Source: Caldisericia bacterium (lineage in GTDB: Bacteria; Caldisericota; Caldisericia; UBA6126; JAGPKI01). From it: a DNA stretch of 36,411 bases. The DNA is taken from assembly GCA_018054005.1 (NCBI GenBank), contig JAGPKI010000001.1:1-36411 (forward strand). The letters are read 5' to 3'. The notes under the pieces are model-generated. The model was not told the DNA's origin. It saw only the letters and a program-made list of their open reading frames with translations, and made no database searches. Below are positions 15,741-25,023 of this stretch, in pieces (positions within the stretch are counted from its first letter, which is position 1; each line of letters starts with the position of its first letter). The position numbers and the translations under genes were made by a program.

Positions 15741-16589
15741 TTAAATTATTGCTACCTCTGTTATTTTATAAAAGTCGATAGGTATATTCAAATAAGCTCG
15801 TCTATAAATGGATGGAGTATCTTCAATACTTTCTACTAAACCAACCAATAACCCCTTAGAAAGAGTCGATAACTCGCTTGTCACAATAGCATCACCTTTT
15901 TTAATTAAAGATTCGTCTTTCCTAATTTCAAAGTAAAGCTTTTTCTTTTTATTGTCAACAAATACAGTACCTAAACTATTTGTTCTTAAATTTCTAGCAC
16001 TTATCTTTGAGTCTGGATCCAATATTGAGAGAATTTTAGCATTATTATCTGTTAAGTCATAAACTCTTCCAATTAACTGATAAATTGTAGTGCTTAAGCC
16101 ATTTGTAGTTTTTATTTTTATAGGATAAATTACTGAACCGTTTAATTTTATACCATCTCTTGAACCTTTATTTATAGTAAAATTATTTGGCTTTAATGGA
16201 TCTCTTGATACTATTTCAGCAAATATACTTTTTGAGTCATAGCTATCTTTAATTTCAAGCAAAGATTTTAACCTAATATTTTCCTCAATATAATTCTCCA
16301 CTAAAGCATTTTTAACTTTAAGAACTCTATTCTGGTAATCTAATCTTTCCATCTTTTCTCTTATAGAGCCTAAAGTAGCTATAATACTAATGAACGAAGC
16401 TATATCAGATGCTGTATTTTTAAAAAAATTTGTAATAGGAGAAAAGAGTTTTAAGAAAAATCCTTCTACTTTCAATAGAGAATTAAAATCATATACTCTA
16501 AAAATTCCATAACCTGTTAGAATAACAAAAACTATAATAATAGTTATTATTATTCTTGATTTCTTAACTTTTTCTTTATTAGTATACAT
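15741..16589 (-). CDS. mreC: rod shape-determining protein MreC
   Basis: 282 aa with an N-terminal TM helix, then a coiled coil and a beta-rich domain. Its start overlaps the mreB stop (TAATG). Confidence 0.85.
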   Translation of the reverse strand: MYTNKEKVKKSRIIITIIIVFVILTGYGIFRVYDFNSLLKVEGFFLKLFSPITNFFKNTASDIASFISIIATLGSIREKMERLDYQNRVLKVKNALVENYIEENIRLKSLLEIKDSYDSKSIFAEIVSRDPLKPNNFTINKGSRDGIKLNGSVIYPIKIKTTNGLSTTIYQLIGRVYDLTDNNAKILSILDPDSKISARNLRTNSLGTVFVDNKKKKLYFEIRKDESLIKKGDAIVTSELSTLSKGLLVGLVESIEDTPSIYRRAYLNIPIDFYKITEVAII

Positions 16590-17629
16590 TAAAAATTATA
16601 TTTTACTTGTAGCAAAAATGGCCAAAATTTATTTAGATTTTCTACTATTTTACCGGCTCCTAGTGCAACACATAAAACAGGATTTTCTGCGGTGTTAACA
16701 ACTATTCCAGTGCCCTCCATTATATATTTATCTATTCCTCGCAGAAGTGCGCCTCCACCGGCTATAAATATTCCTCTATCAATAATATCTGCTGCTAAAT
16801 CTGGAGGTGTAATCTCTAATGTTGCCTTTATGAGATCAAGTATACTTATTAATACATCATTCAATGCTACTCTTGTTTCTTCTGAAGAGATAGTAGCAGT
16901 TCTTGGTAAACCATTGATTAGGTCTCTTCCTTTAACTTCAATTGTTCTTATTTCTTCTGTCGGGAATGCACATCCAATCTCCATTTTTATTTCTTCAGCT
17001 GCATAAGGGCTTATTAATAAATTATACTGTCGCTTCAAATATTGAAGAATTGCTTCATTCATTTCATCTCCAGCAACACGAATTGAATTTTTTGATACAA
17101 CTCCACCAAAAGATATTACCGCAACTTCACATGTCCCACCACCAACATCCACAATCATATTACCTGTTGGTTGTTCTATGGGTAGATCAGCTCCTAAAGC
17201 TGCAGCCATTGGTTCATAAACTAGCCTTGCTTCTCTTGCTCCAGCATGAAGGGCTGCCTCTATAACTGCTCTCATTTCTACTTCTGTAATTCCAGATGGT
17301 ATACCAACTACTACTCTGGGTTTAACTACATTGTAAAAACCTCTTTTCCCGCCTACTTTTGTAATTAAATATTCCAAAAGTTTCTCAGTAACTTCAAAAT
17401 TAGCTATCACTCCATCTTTTAATGGTCTAATAATTTGAATTGTATCTGGAACTCTTCCAGCCATTCTTTTTGCTTCAATACCCATCGCAATTATTTCTTT
17501 TGTTTCATTCCTTATCGCTATAATAGTTGGTTCTCTTAAAACTATTCCTCTGCCTCTGACATACACAACTGTGTTTGCTGTTCCAAGGTCAATTGCTATA
17601 TCCATCCCAAGCCTATCAAATAGTCCCAT
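16589..17629 (-). CDS. mreB: rod shape-determining actin homologue MreB
   Basis: IAIDLGTANT, DVGGGT and GGGALL are actin-fold motifs. I place the start at ATG 17629 (MGLFDRLG...) because GGAGG (17639-17635) sits 5 nt upstream. The ORF-track TTG at 17641 lies within that SD. Confidence 0.93.
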   Translation of the reverse strand: MGLFDRLGMDIAIDLGTANTVVYVRGRGIVLREPTIIAIRNETKEIIAMGIEAKRMAGRVPDTIQIIRPLKDGVIANFEVTEKLLEYLITKVGGKRGFYNVVKPRVVVGIPSGITEVEMRAVIEAALHAGAREARLVYEPMAAALGADLPIEQPTGNMIVDVGGGTCEVAVISFGGVVSKNSIRVAGDEMNEAILQYLKRQYNLLISPYAAEEIKMEIGCAFPTEEIRTIEVKGRDLINGLPRTATISSEETRVALNDVLISILDLIKATLEITPPDLAADIIDRGIFIAGGGALLRGIDKYIMEGTGIVVNTAENPVLCVALGAGKIVENLNKFWPFLLQVKYNF

Positions 17630-17674
17630 TTTAACCTCCAATTTTGAATTATATATCTATTATATACACTCTCT

Positions 17675-18232
17675 TTATTTATGCTTTAAAAGATTTAATT
17701 TATTTATTAATAAATTACTTAAGACTCCAACTAAATAACCCGTAATTATTCCTATTAAAACGAGAAAGGGTAAATACCACATTAAAGCTAACAATTTTGT
17801 GATAACAATTACAGTTATAAGCTGACCAAGATTGTGAAATATTGCACCAATACAACTCGTAAGGATAACACCAGCATCAAAAAAATTTTTAAATATTATC
17901 ATTGCAGCAAAACTTAATAAAGCTCCACTTAAACTTATTAGTAACGTTACTAAATTAAATTGTGGTTCAAACAACATAAATAATGGAACTTTTGCAACTG
18001 TTAAAAAAAAACTATCTAATTTTCCAAACAGATAAAGAGCACTTAAAACAATGATATTTGAAATACCAACCTTAAGGCTGTATCCACCAACAGGTATACT
18101 TATGAAAATCTCAAGATAATGAAGTATTATCTCTACAGAGAGAAAAATAGCCAAAACAACAAAACGAAAAGTCTTTTTATCATCTGAGTTTAATTTAAAA
18201 GTTATATTCATATATATTATTTTCGTTTTCAA
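17675..18232 (-). CDS. Gx transporter family / heptaprenyl diphosphate synthase component I-like membrane protein
   Basis: 185 aa with about 5 predicted TM helices. It is adjacent to apbE, a frequent pairing, and overlaps it by 38 nt. The start codon is uncertain. Confidence 0.5.
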   Translation of the reverse strand: MKTKIIYMNITFKLNSDDKKTFRFVVLAIFLSVEIILHYLEIFISIPVGGYSLKVGISNIIVLSALYLFGKLDSFFLTVAKVPLFMLFEPQFNLVTLLISLSGALLSFAAMIIFKNFFDAGVILTSCIGAIFHNLGQLITVIVITKLLALMWYLPFLVLIGIITGYLVGVLSNLLINKLNLLKHK

Positions 18233-19178
18233 TTAGGAGAAAACTTGCATCCGGAAAGTAATTCCTAACCATTTCTTTGCCTTTCTCGAATCCTGTAACA
18301 AATATTACAGTTGAAAGAAAATCTGCATCAATCCCCTTTTTTGCAATTACCACTACTGCTTGCCAAGGGAAAGAGGCATTTCCATTTTTTGGATTAATTA
18401 TATGGGTATAACGCCTTCCATCCTTTTCAAAAAAATTTTGGTAGTCAGCTGATGTAGAAATTGAAGAATTTTCTAAATTTACATAAGTGAGATTGTTTTC
18501 TTTTCTTGGGTTTAGTATTCCTATCTTTCTTTTTTTGTCACCGCTTACTAGAATATTTCCTCCAAAATTAAGATAATAATTATCTATATTATTTTTCTTA
18601 AGAAAATCACTTACTTTATCGAGAGTATAGCCCTTTAATAATCCACTTAAATTTATTATTACATTTTCTTTTAAAAGTTTAACGCTCGATGTTTTCTCGT
18701 CAATAGAGATATATTTATAGTTTACTATGTTTTTTGCCTTATCTAATTCATCATTTGAAGGTATTTTATATTCTTGTGTATTAAAACCATATAAGTTTTG
18801 TAACGGTTCAAAAGTAATGTCAAAAAAGCCTTCAGAAATTTCACAAAAATGTATAGCCCTGTTTAAAACATTGATTGTTTCGGCACTAACTTTGATACTC
18901 TGGTTAAAACCATATTTATTTATATTTGCTATCTCTGATTTTGGATTATATTTATTCAATTTTTCATCAGTTAAAAATACAATTTTTTTGGTTTCTTCTA
19001 TAATTTCTTCCTTATTTGAAGTTTCTCTTGGAATACTTATTTCAAAAAAAGTATCCATTGCGAAGAAAACATCAGTATAATCATTCTTGCTAAATAAAAC
19101 AGGAAATGTAAATGCTATAATTAAAAAAAGTATAATAAAAAAACTAATAAAATAAGTTTTCTGATTAATCTTTATCAT
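18195..19178 (-). CDS. apbE: FAD:protein FMN transferase (ApbE family)
   Basis: N-terminal signal/TM segment, then FFAMDT..., and STSADYQNFFEKDGRRYTHIINPKNG, which matches the ApbE SGDY...HIIDPxTG region. Confidence 0.85.
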   Translation of the reverse strand: MIKINQKTYFISFFIILFLIIAFTFPVLFSKNDYTDVFFAMDTFFEISIPRETSNKEEIIEETKKIVFLTDEKLNKYNPKSEIANINKYGFNQSIKVSAETINVLNRAIHFCEISEGFFDITFEPLQNLYGFNTQEYKIPSNDELDKAKNIVNYKYISIDEKTSSVKLLKENVIINLSGLLKGYTLDKVSDFLKKNNIDNYYLNFGGNILVSGDKKRKIGILNPRKENNLTYVNLENSSISTSADYQNFFEKDGRRYTHIINPKNGNASFPWQAVVVIAKKGIDADFLSTVIFVTGFEKGKEMVRNYFPDASFLLIENENNIYEYNF

Positions 19179-19228
19179 TAAACTACAATTAAAAAATTAC
19201 AGATAAATTCATATATTTATAATATTTT

Positions 19229-19256
19229 ATGATACTAAAACTTAAGTAATAATCAA
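19229..19256 (-). promoter_or_regulatory. candidate promoter for the apbE...sbcC block
   Basis: On the minus strand: TTGATT (19256-19251), 16-nt spacer, TATCAT (19234-19229), about 50 nt upstream of the apbE ATG. The sequence is AT-rich, so specificity is low. Confidence 0.25.
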
Positions 19257-19314
19257 GATAATATTTAATATCTTTAATATGATGATGTAATAAATTCACA
19301 AAAAATTCTTTTTT

Positions 19315-19485
19315 ATTTCTCCGAAAATAAAAACTACATAATAAAGAGATTATATTTGTTAAAAAGATTGAATTAATAATTATATAAGATTATACATAAA
19401 AGGATTAAAGATATTAATTTCATGTCTAAATCTTTTGTTTTTATATTAATGCACTCAAAACGGAATATTCTCACAGAAGTTATTA
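19315..19485 (-). repeat. Intergenic repeat family, copy C (most degenerate)
   Basis: The minus strand reads ...AACTTCTGTGAGAAT...GACATGAAATTAATATCTTTAATCCTTTTATG...AATTCAATCTTTTT...AAATATAATCTCTTTATTATGTAGTTTTTATTTTCGGAGAAAT. It aligns to the 5' box, the interior and the 3' box of the other copies. Confidence 0.65.
19373..19423 (-). CDS. candidate small hydrophobic peptide, 16 aa (MKLISLILLCIILYNY), inside repeat copy C
   Basis: Hand translation of the minus strand. It shares MK-x-I-S/T-LI, a Cys at position 10/11 and C-terminal LYN with copies A and D. Confidence 0.25.
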   Translation of the reverse strand: MKLISLILLCIILYNY

Positions 19486-19589
19486 TGGATGATTATTTGT
19501 AAAGTCAGGTTTAAAAAATTTTTCATATAGGTTAATTATAAAATTGAATTTTTTCACGTACAATAACATTTGGTAATAAATTTAGCTTT

Positions 19590-20636
19590 TTAAAAACTTG
19601 TGAAATCAAGACCATTTAGCATGCTTAAGATAGGTAAATATAGATTATAAACAGCTATTAGAATTATCATCCCCACTATGACAAGCATCACTGGCTCAAT
19701 ACTTTTTAAAATTCTTTCTCTTCTTTCCTCCACTTCCCTTTCTAAGACACTATTTGCAAATGTAAGATTTTCTGAAACTCTATTACTTTCTTCACCAATC
19801 TTTAAGAGAGAAAAAAGATAAGAATCAGAGGCAATAAAAGAAGAAAGTGAATCGCTTAAATCAGATCCTTCTAAAAGTTTACACCTTGCCAATTCAACTT
19901 CATCTCTTAAGCGTAAATTTGTTAGCGCTTCCTCAGAAATTTGTATTGCTTCCTCGATGCGAATTCCATTTTTTACGAGAAGTGCAAATTCACTGAAAAA
20001 TTTAAAATATTCTTTTTTTCTTACTATTTCTCCAAAGTACGGAATCCTAAGTAACAAGCTATCAAAGAAGAATTTATACCTGCTAACAAAGAATTTACAT
20101 ATGCAAATTAAAAGAATTAAACTGATTAAAAGAATGATCCAATACTCTTTTAGGAAATTTGAAAAAGTAATTATACGTAAAGTAGCCGATGGTAAGCTGA
20201 TATCAAGCATCTTAACTAGATCAACAATCATAGGAACAATATATGAAGTTAAAGCAATTACTACAAACACCGCTAAAATCAAAACAAAAAAAGGGTAAAA
20301 ACTTGCATTTTTCATTTTTCTTTCAAACTTTTCTTGTTTTTCAAGGAATGTATAAATGTTTTCAAGGAATTTACCAATATTACCTGATTCCTCACCACTT
20401 TTTATAGAAGAAATATAATAATTACTGAAACTTTTACTCTCCTCCTTGAGGGCATTACTAAAACTTGACCCCTCTTTTATTCTTTTAGATAAATTTACAA
20501 CCATTTTTCGCAAATTTTTAGATAGTTTAGATTTACTGATAATTGATAATGCATCTTGAATGAGATAATTCTGGTTTATTAGAATTGATAGTTCAAAAGT
20601 AAAATTTAAAATCTCTTTCTTTTTGAGTTTAATCAT
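19590..20636 (-). CDS. type II secretion / type IV pilus platform protein (GspF/PilC family)
   Basis: 348 aa with two GspF-type repeats and 3 TM segments. Its start is ATGA-coupled to the upstream ATPase gene. Confidence 0.85.
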   Translation of the reverse strand: MIKLKKKEILNFTFELSILINQNYLIQDALSIISKSKLSKNLRKMVVNLSKRIKEGSSFSNALKEESKSFSNYYISSIKSGEESGNIGKFLENIYTFLEKQEKFERKMKNASFYPFFVLILAVFVVIALTSYIVPMIVDLVKMLDISLPSATLRIITFSNFLKEYWIILLISLILLICICKFFVSRYKFFFDSLLLRIPYFGEIVRKKEYFKFFSEFALLVKNGIRIEEAIQISEEALTNLRLRDEVELARCKLLEGSDLSDSLSSFIASDSYLFSLLKIGEESNRVSENLTFANSVLEREVEERRERILKSIEPVMLVIVGMIILIAVYNLYLPILSMLNGLDFTSF

Positions 20637-21946
20637 TCCATTATCTTTAGAACTTCAGAGATACTTGTAGTTCCATTTTTTATTAGTCTAACTGCATTTG
20701 ATAGAAGAGTTTTCTTACAATCAGATTTAATTGATTCTACTAAATTTTGAGCAGATTCAAATTTATATATAAAATTTCTTGTCTTTTCACTCAACTCAAT
20801 AACTTCAAAAATTCCGATTCTCCCAGAATATCCTGTGTAGTTACATTGTTTACATCCATTTGCAAAATAAGCTTCTTCTAAATCAAAGATACCTCTTGAA
20901 ACAGGTTTTAGGGTTTTACAATTATCACACAATTTCCTGACAAGCCTTTGAGCAACAATTACATTTACAGATGAAGCTATAAGATATGGTTCAATCTTCA
21001 TTTCAAGAAGCCTCAAAATTATACTTTCACAGTTTTTTGTATGTATCGTTGTAAGAATCAAGTGTCCAGTTAAAGAAGCTTCGCATTCAAGTCTTGCAGT
21101 CTCACTATCTCTAATTTCTCCAAGAAGCACAATATCAGGATCCTGCCGTAATATCTTTTTTAGAAGCACTGGATATGTAAGCCCGATCTCTTCATTTACC
21201 TGTATTTGATTTAGATCCTTATCTACAATTTCTATTGGGTCTTCAATAGTTATTATATTTTTATCATTCTTTTCAAGATAATTTACCAAAACATGAAGTG
21301 TTGATGATTTTCCAGAGCCAGTTGGACCACTCACTATTATTGAACCACTCTTCTTATTCAAAGCTTTCTTGATTACATCTATGCTTCCAGAATCCATTCC
21401 GAGAGCTTCCATAGTTTTAAGCACCTGATCAGAAGGCAATATTCTCAAAGCTGTCTTTTCACCAAAAAGAGTAGGAATTACTGAAACTCTTATATCATAG
21501 TTTTTTCTATTAAATACAAAAGGAAAACCTCCTTCTTGGGGAAGTCTCTTTTCAGCAATGTTAAGTTTTGATCTTATTTTTATATGCGTTAACATACCTA
21601 AATATAGCTCTTTAGAGACCTCACCAACATTTTGTAAAACTCCATCAATCCTCAAACGGATTAATGCACTTCTCTCTTTTGGTTCCAAATGTATATCTGT
21701 TGCTTTCTTTGATATAGCTTGAATTAATATATTTTCAAAAGTTTCATCTGGGACTTCTTCATTACTTTCTAAACTGTTTATTTTTACGTCTTCTCCAAAG
21801 ATACTCTCTAAAACTTGCTTTATCCTTTCATTTACTTTTCCTCTTGTGATAACCAATGGAATATCATCTATAATCTCAACTGAATCTATTTCGTAATCGT
21901 CTATAATTTTTTTAGGTATTAAGTTTATTAAATTTCGACTTTCCAC
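20633..21946 (-). CDS. type II secretion / type IV pilus assembly ATPase (GspE/PilB family)
   Basis: Walker A GPTGSGKSST and the tetracysteine CDNC...CKQC. At 437 aa it is short for PilB. GTG start overlaps yqeG by 19 nt. Confidence 0.88.
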   Translation of the reverse strand: MESRNLINLIPKKIIDDYEIDSVEIIDDIPLVITRGKVNERIKQVLESIFGEDVKINSLESNEEVPDETFENILIQAISKKATDIHLEPKERSALIRLRIDGVLQNVGEVSKELYLGMLTHIKIRSKLNIAEKRLPQEGGFPFVFNRKNYDIRVSVIPTLFGEKTALRILPSDQVLKTMEALGMDSGSIDVIKKALNKKSGSIIVSGPTGSGKSSTLHVLVNYLEKNDKNIITIEDPIEIVDKDLNQIQVNEEIGLTYPVLLKKILRQDPDIVLLGEIRDSETARLECEASLTGHLILTTIHTKNCESIILRLLEMKIEPYLIASSVNVIVAQRLVRKLCDNCKTLKPVSRGIFDLEEAYFANGCKQCNYTGYSGRIGIFEVIELSEKTRNFIYKFESAQNLVESIKSDCKKTLLSNAVRLIKNGTTSISEVLKIME

Positions 21947-22440
21947 TTTTTTAGAAGCTTTTTTTCAAATAATCTTACGAATCTTGTCCAGCCTGAATCT
22001 TCTTTTTCATTTATTGGTTCTACATAAATTGCCTTAGCGCCTATTAACTTACCACCCAGAATATCCGTAAACACCTGATCCCCTATTACACAAACTTCAT
22101 TTGCATTAAGTCCAAGTCTCAAAAGAGCAAGTTTATAAAAAAATGTTAATGGTTTCAGTGTCCATGGTATATATTGAATATTTAAAGGTTTTGCTACTCT
22201 TAAAATTTTACTCTCTGAATTATTTGAAAGGATTATAATTTTAAAATAATTTTGCGCTCTATTTACCCAACCGAAAACATCCTTACTTAAATAAAGAGAT
22301 TTTCTCGAAATGAGAGTATTATCCACATCAAGAATTAATCCCTTTATTCCACTTCTCGTAAGTTTTTCAATTTCTATATCAGATACCTTTTTACAAAAGC
22401 AATCTGGTTTCAAAAAAGTAGCTATTTTTTTAAAGGACAT
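21928..22440 (-). CDS. yqeG: YqeG-family HAD-IIIA phosphatase
   Basis: 170 aa with the HAD motifs LDVDNTL, ILSNN and IGDQVFTDILGG. Confidence 0.8.
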   Translation of the reverse strand: MSFKKIATFLKPDCFCKKVSDIEIEKLTRSGIKGLILDVDNTLISRKSLYLSKDVFGWVNRAQNYFKIIILSNNSESKILRVAKPLNIQYIPWTLKPLTFFYKLALLRLGLNANEVCVIGDQVFTDILGGKLIGAKAIYVEPINEKEDSGWTRFVRLFEKKLLKKWKVEI

Positions 22441-22667
22441 TAGGAGTTTTCCAGGATCAAAGTTGGAATATCTTCCTTTAAAGCTTCTATAACTTCAAGA
22501 AATAGTTCAGAAAGATCTGTATTTGTTATAGCTTCCATTATGCAGTAATCTACTCCAGTTTCTGCCTGAGTAAGCAACACTAAACCATCAAAATTTTCTA
22601 AAGTGTTTTGAACAAACCACACATCTTTAGAGGGTATTTTTAGTTTATAAACTAAATCCTGTGCCAT
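22440..22667 (-). CDS. small conserved hypothetical protein (possibly DUF4911-like)
   Basis: 75 aa, tightly packed between mltG and yqeG (TAATG overlap). The family assignment is from memory only. Confidence 0.4.
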   Translation of the reverse strand: MAQDLVYKLKIPSKDVWFVQNTLENFDGLVLLTQAETGVDYCIMEAITNTDLSELFLEVIEALKEDIPTLILENS

Positions 22668-23663
22668 TTACTTTAGATATTTTTCTATGTTTCTTTGATG
22701 TTCTGAAAATGTCTTACCAAATGCATGACTACCATCACCTTTAGAGACAAAGTAAAAATATTCAGTATCAGCAGGGTATAGCACTGCAACAATTGATGCC
22801 TTACCAGGTGAACAAATTGGTGTTGGTGGAAGTCCTGAATATTTATAGGTATTGTATGGTGAATCGACCTGAAGATCATTTAAAGTTAGTACTGGGGCAG
22901 CTTTTTTTAAAACATATTCAACAGTTGAGCAGGCTTCTAAATTCCAACCTGCTTTAAGTCTATTTAAAAAAACTGATGCAATTATAGGGCGCTCTTCATC
23001 AAGTTGTGCTTCTCTTTCAACAATTGAAGCAAGTGTAACTACATCTTTAACTGACATATTCAATTCTTTTGCTCTTACAATCATTTTTTCATCAAAAATA
23101 TTCTCAAATCCTGAAAGCATTTGTAAAATTACTTTTTTTGCATCAGGCTCAGAAATAAGATATGTATCTGGAAAGAGAAAACCTTCAAGGTTACCATTTT
23201 TTATTTCCGATGAAAACTTAAAATCAAATTCATTTCCTCTCTTCAGAGCTAAATCAAGAAATTCATCTTTATTAACTAAATTTAAATCTGATAATCTTTC
23301 TGCAATTTTTTCAATGTCAAAACCTTCTGGTATTGTATATTTAATTAATTTTTCCTGACCTTTTTCGAGTATCGAAATGAGAGAATTTATATCTTTAATA
23401 TTTTCTATTCTGTACTCTCCTGCTTTAATTTTTTTGTCAGCGTTATTGAATTTCATATAAAGCTTAAACATTAATGGGTCTTTTATTAATTCGATATCTT
23501 TTAATTTTTTACTTATGTTATCAAGGTTTTCATCTTTTTCAATTGTGAATTCATAAACTTTATCTCTCTCTGGAGTTAATGAGTAAATAAAATAAGAATA
23601 AAATAATGTTCCTAAAAAACAAAAAGCAATAATAATAAGTAAAACTTTAGTCAGTACTTTCAT
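22668..23663 (-). CDS. mltG: endolytic murein transglycosylase MltG (YceG-like)
   Basis: N-terminal TM helix, IPEG..., LASIVEREA and YNTY...GLPP.PI..PG, which are YceG family signatures. Confidence 0.88.
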   Translation of the reverse strand: MKVLTKVLLIIIAFCFLGTLFYSYFIYSLTPERDKVYEFTIEKDENLDNISKKLKDIELIKDPLMFKLYMKFNNADKKIKAGEYRIENIKDINSLISILEKGQEKLIKYTIPEGFDIEKIAERLSDLNLVNKDEFLDLALKRGNEFDFKFSSEIKNGNLEGFLFPDTYLISEPDAKKVILQMLSGFENIFDEKMIVRAKELNMSVKDVVTLASIVEREAQLDEERPIIASVFLNRLKAGWNLEACSTVEYVLKKAAPVLTLNDLQVDSPYNTYKYSGLPPTPICSPGKASIVAVLYPADTEYFYFVSKGDGSHAFGKTFSEHQRNIEKYLK

Positions 23664-24075
23664 TCTTCTTTCTTCTTAAATAATCTTCTAATATTATTGA
23701 TGCCTCATACATATCTTTAGTATCTCTAAAATTTTTAGGACTTTCACCATGGGTTTTGAGAGACTTTTCGAATATTTTAGAAGTAAATTTCTCATCAAAT
23801 AAAACTATCAATTTATCAGGGTAATAAGCCTTAACAACTTCAGAAAAAGCCAAAACTTTTTCCGTTTGAATTGTGTTCAAACCCTTTAGATTTTTAGGTA
23901 GCCCAATAATAATTTCAGTTACTGTTTCAAAATTTACAATTCTCTCTCTAAGTATTTCTGGATTAGCATCAAATAATTCTTTCTTAATAACAAATTTTGG
24001 AAATGCAAAAATATTATCCTTGTCAGTTATAGCTACTCCGATATTTTTTTCTCCATAATCAAGTGCAACAATCAT
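23647..24075 (-). CDS. ruvX: Holliday junction resolvase-like putative nuclease RuvX (YqgF)
   Basis: 142 aa with MIVALDYGEKNIGVAITD, the YqgF N-terminus. It sits in the canonical position downstream of alaS. Confidence 0.88.
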   Translation of the reverse strand: MIVALDYGEKNIGVAITDKDNIFAFPKFVIKKELFDANPEILRERIVNFETVTEIIIGLPKNLKGLNTIQTEKVLAFSEVVKAYYPDKLIVLFDEKFTSKIFEKSLKTHGESPKNFRDTKDMYEASIILEDYLRRKKNESTD

Positions 24076-25023
24076 TTACATAATCCTCAATGCAAAATTC
24101 TCACAATTAGAGATACAGTATCCACATAAATTACACCTTGAATGATCGATAATTATTTCATTATCTCCTTTTGATAATGCAGAAAAAGGACAATTACTCA
24201 AACAATTATAGCAAAAGCTACACAATTCTTTCCTATAAAATAACTTTTTTTCTTTAAGGTTAAGTTTAATATTAAATGAATCATCATATTCATTATTAAA
24301 AATTGCTACATCTATTAAAAGTTCATCTTTATTTTTTATTCCAACTGCTACTGAATGTTTAAATGAAAAATTTTTAGCATAATTAAGTGCTGGTAATAAA
24401 CTTTTATAAAGTTTTCCTCCGCCCAATGGCTTCATAAGATATACTCCAAAATTCCCATTGTATAAATCTTTAATAGCATCCTCTTGCTCTTTAATTGTTC
24501 CGTCTTTGTACCCTATTCCTTCTAAATTAAAAATCGGGTGAACCACATCAAATTCAGGGTGCAGAATTAAATCTTTCGTTAGAGTCACAGAATGGGTGGA
24601 TACCCCGATGCTCCTTACTTTGCCCTGCTCTTTTGCTTTTATTATAGCTTCTAAGGCTGGTTTGTGGCCTTTTAAAGTAAGAGTTGAGTCCTGCTCGTGA
24701 AGCATAAAAATATCAAAATAATCTCTTTTAATTGATTTAAGTCCAAATTCGATATCTTCCATCATGCTCTCAAATTCGAACGAATAAGATTTCGATGTAA
24801 TTACAATGTTATTTTTTTTATATGTTGGGACATTAGCAAAATAATCATATGTCTTATAAAATTGAGCAGAATCAAAAAAATTTACATCACAATCTATTGC
24901 CTCTTCAATAAGGTTTTGTCCCTCTTTTAAGGATAAATTTGCTTGTAATGGACTCATCACGAGAGTACCGAAGCACATTTCTGAAACTATTAAATCACTC
25001 TTACCAAGCTTATTTTTCTTCAT
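24076..25023 (-). CDS. aldo/keto reductase fused to a C-terminal 2x[4Fe-4S]-type ferredoxin domain
   Basis: The N-terminal LGKSDLIVSEMCFGT is an AKR start. The C-terminal CSFCYNCLSNCP and CNLCGYCISNCE are cysteine clusters. Confidence 0.8.
   Translation of the reverse strand: MKKNKLGKSDLIVSEMCFGTLVMSPLQANLSLKEGQNLIEEAIDCDVNFFDSAQFYKTYDYFANVPTYKKNNIVITSKSYSFEFESMMEDIEFGLKSIKRDYFDIFMLHEQDSTLTLKGHKPALEAIIKAKEQGKVRSIGVSTHSVTLTKDLILHPEFDVVHPIFNLEGIGYKDGTIKEQEDAIKDLYNGNFGVYLMKPLGGGKLYKSLLPALNYAKNFSFKHSVAVGIKNKDELLIDVAIFNNEYDDSFNIKLNLKEKKLFYRKELCSFCYNCLSNCPFSALSKGDNEIIIDHSRCNLCGYCISNCENFALRIM

Noticed and set aside
17630-17641. TTG start (MEVKM...) given for mreB in the ORF track
   Set aside because: The TTG lies within the GGAGG Shine-Dalgarno sequence that serves the ATG at 17629. 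MGLFDRLG is a normal MreB N-terminus.
22319-22327. Perfect DnaA-box 9-mer TTATCCACA
   Set aside because: It is a single isolated occurrence inside the yqeG coding region. There is no cluster of boxes, no adjacent AT-rich unwinding element and no dnaA or dnaN nearby, so it is not an origin.
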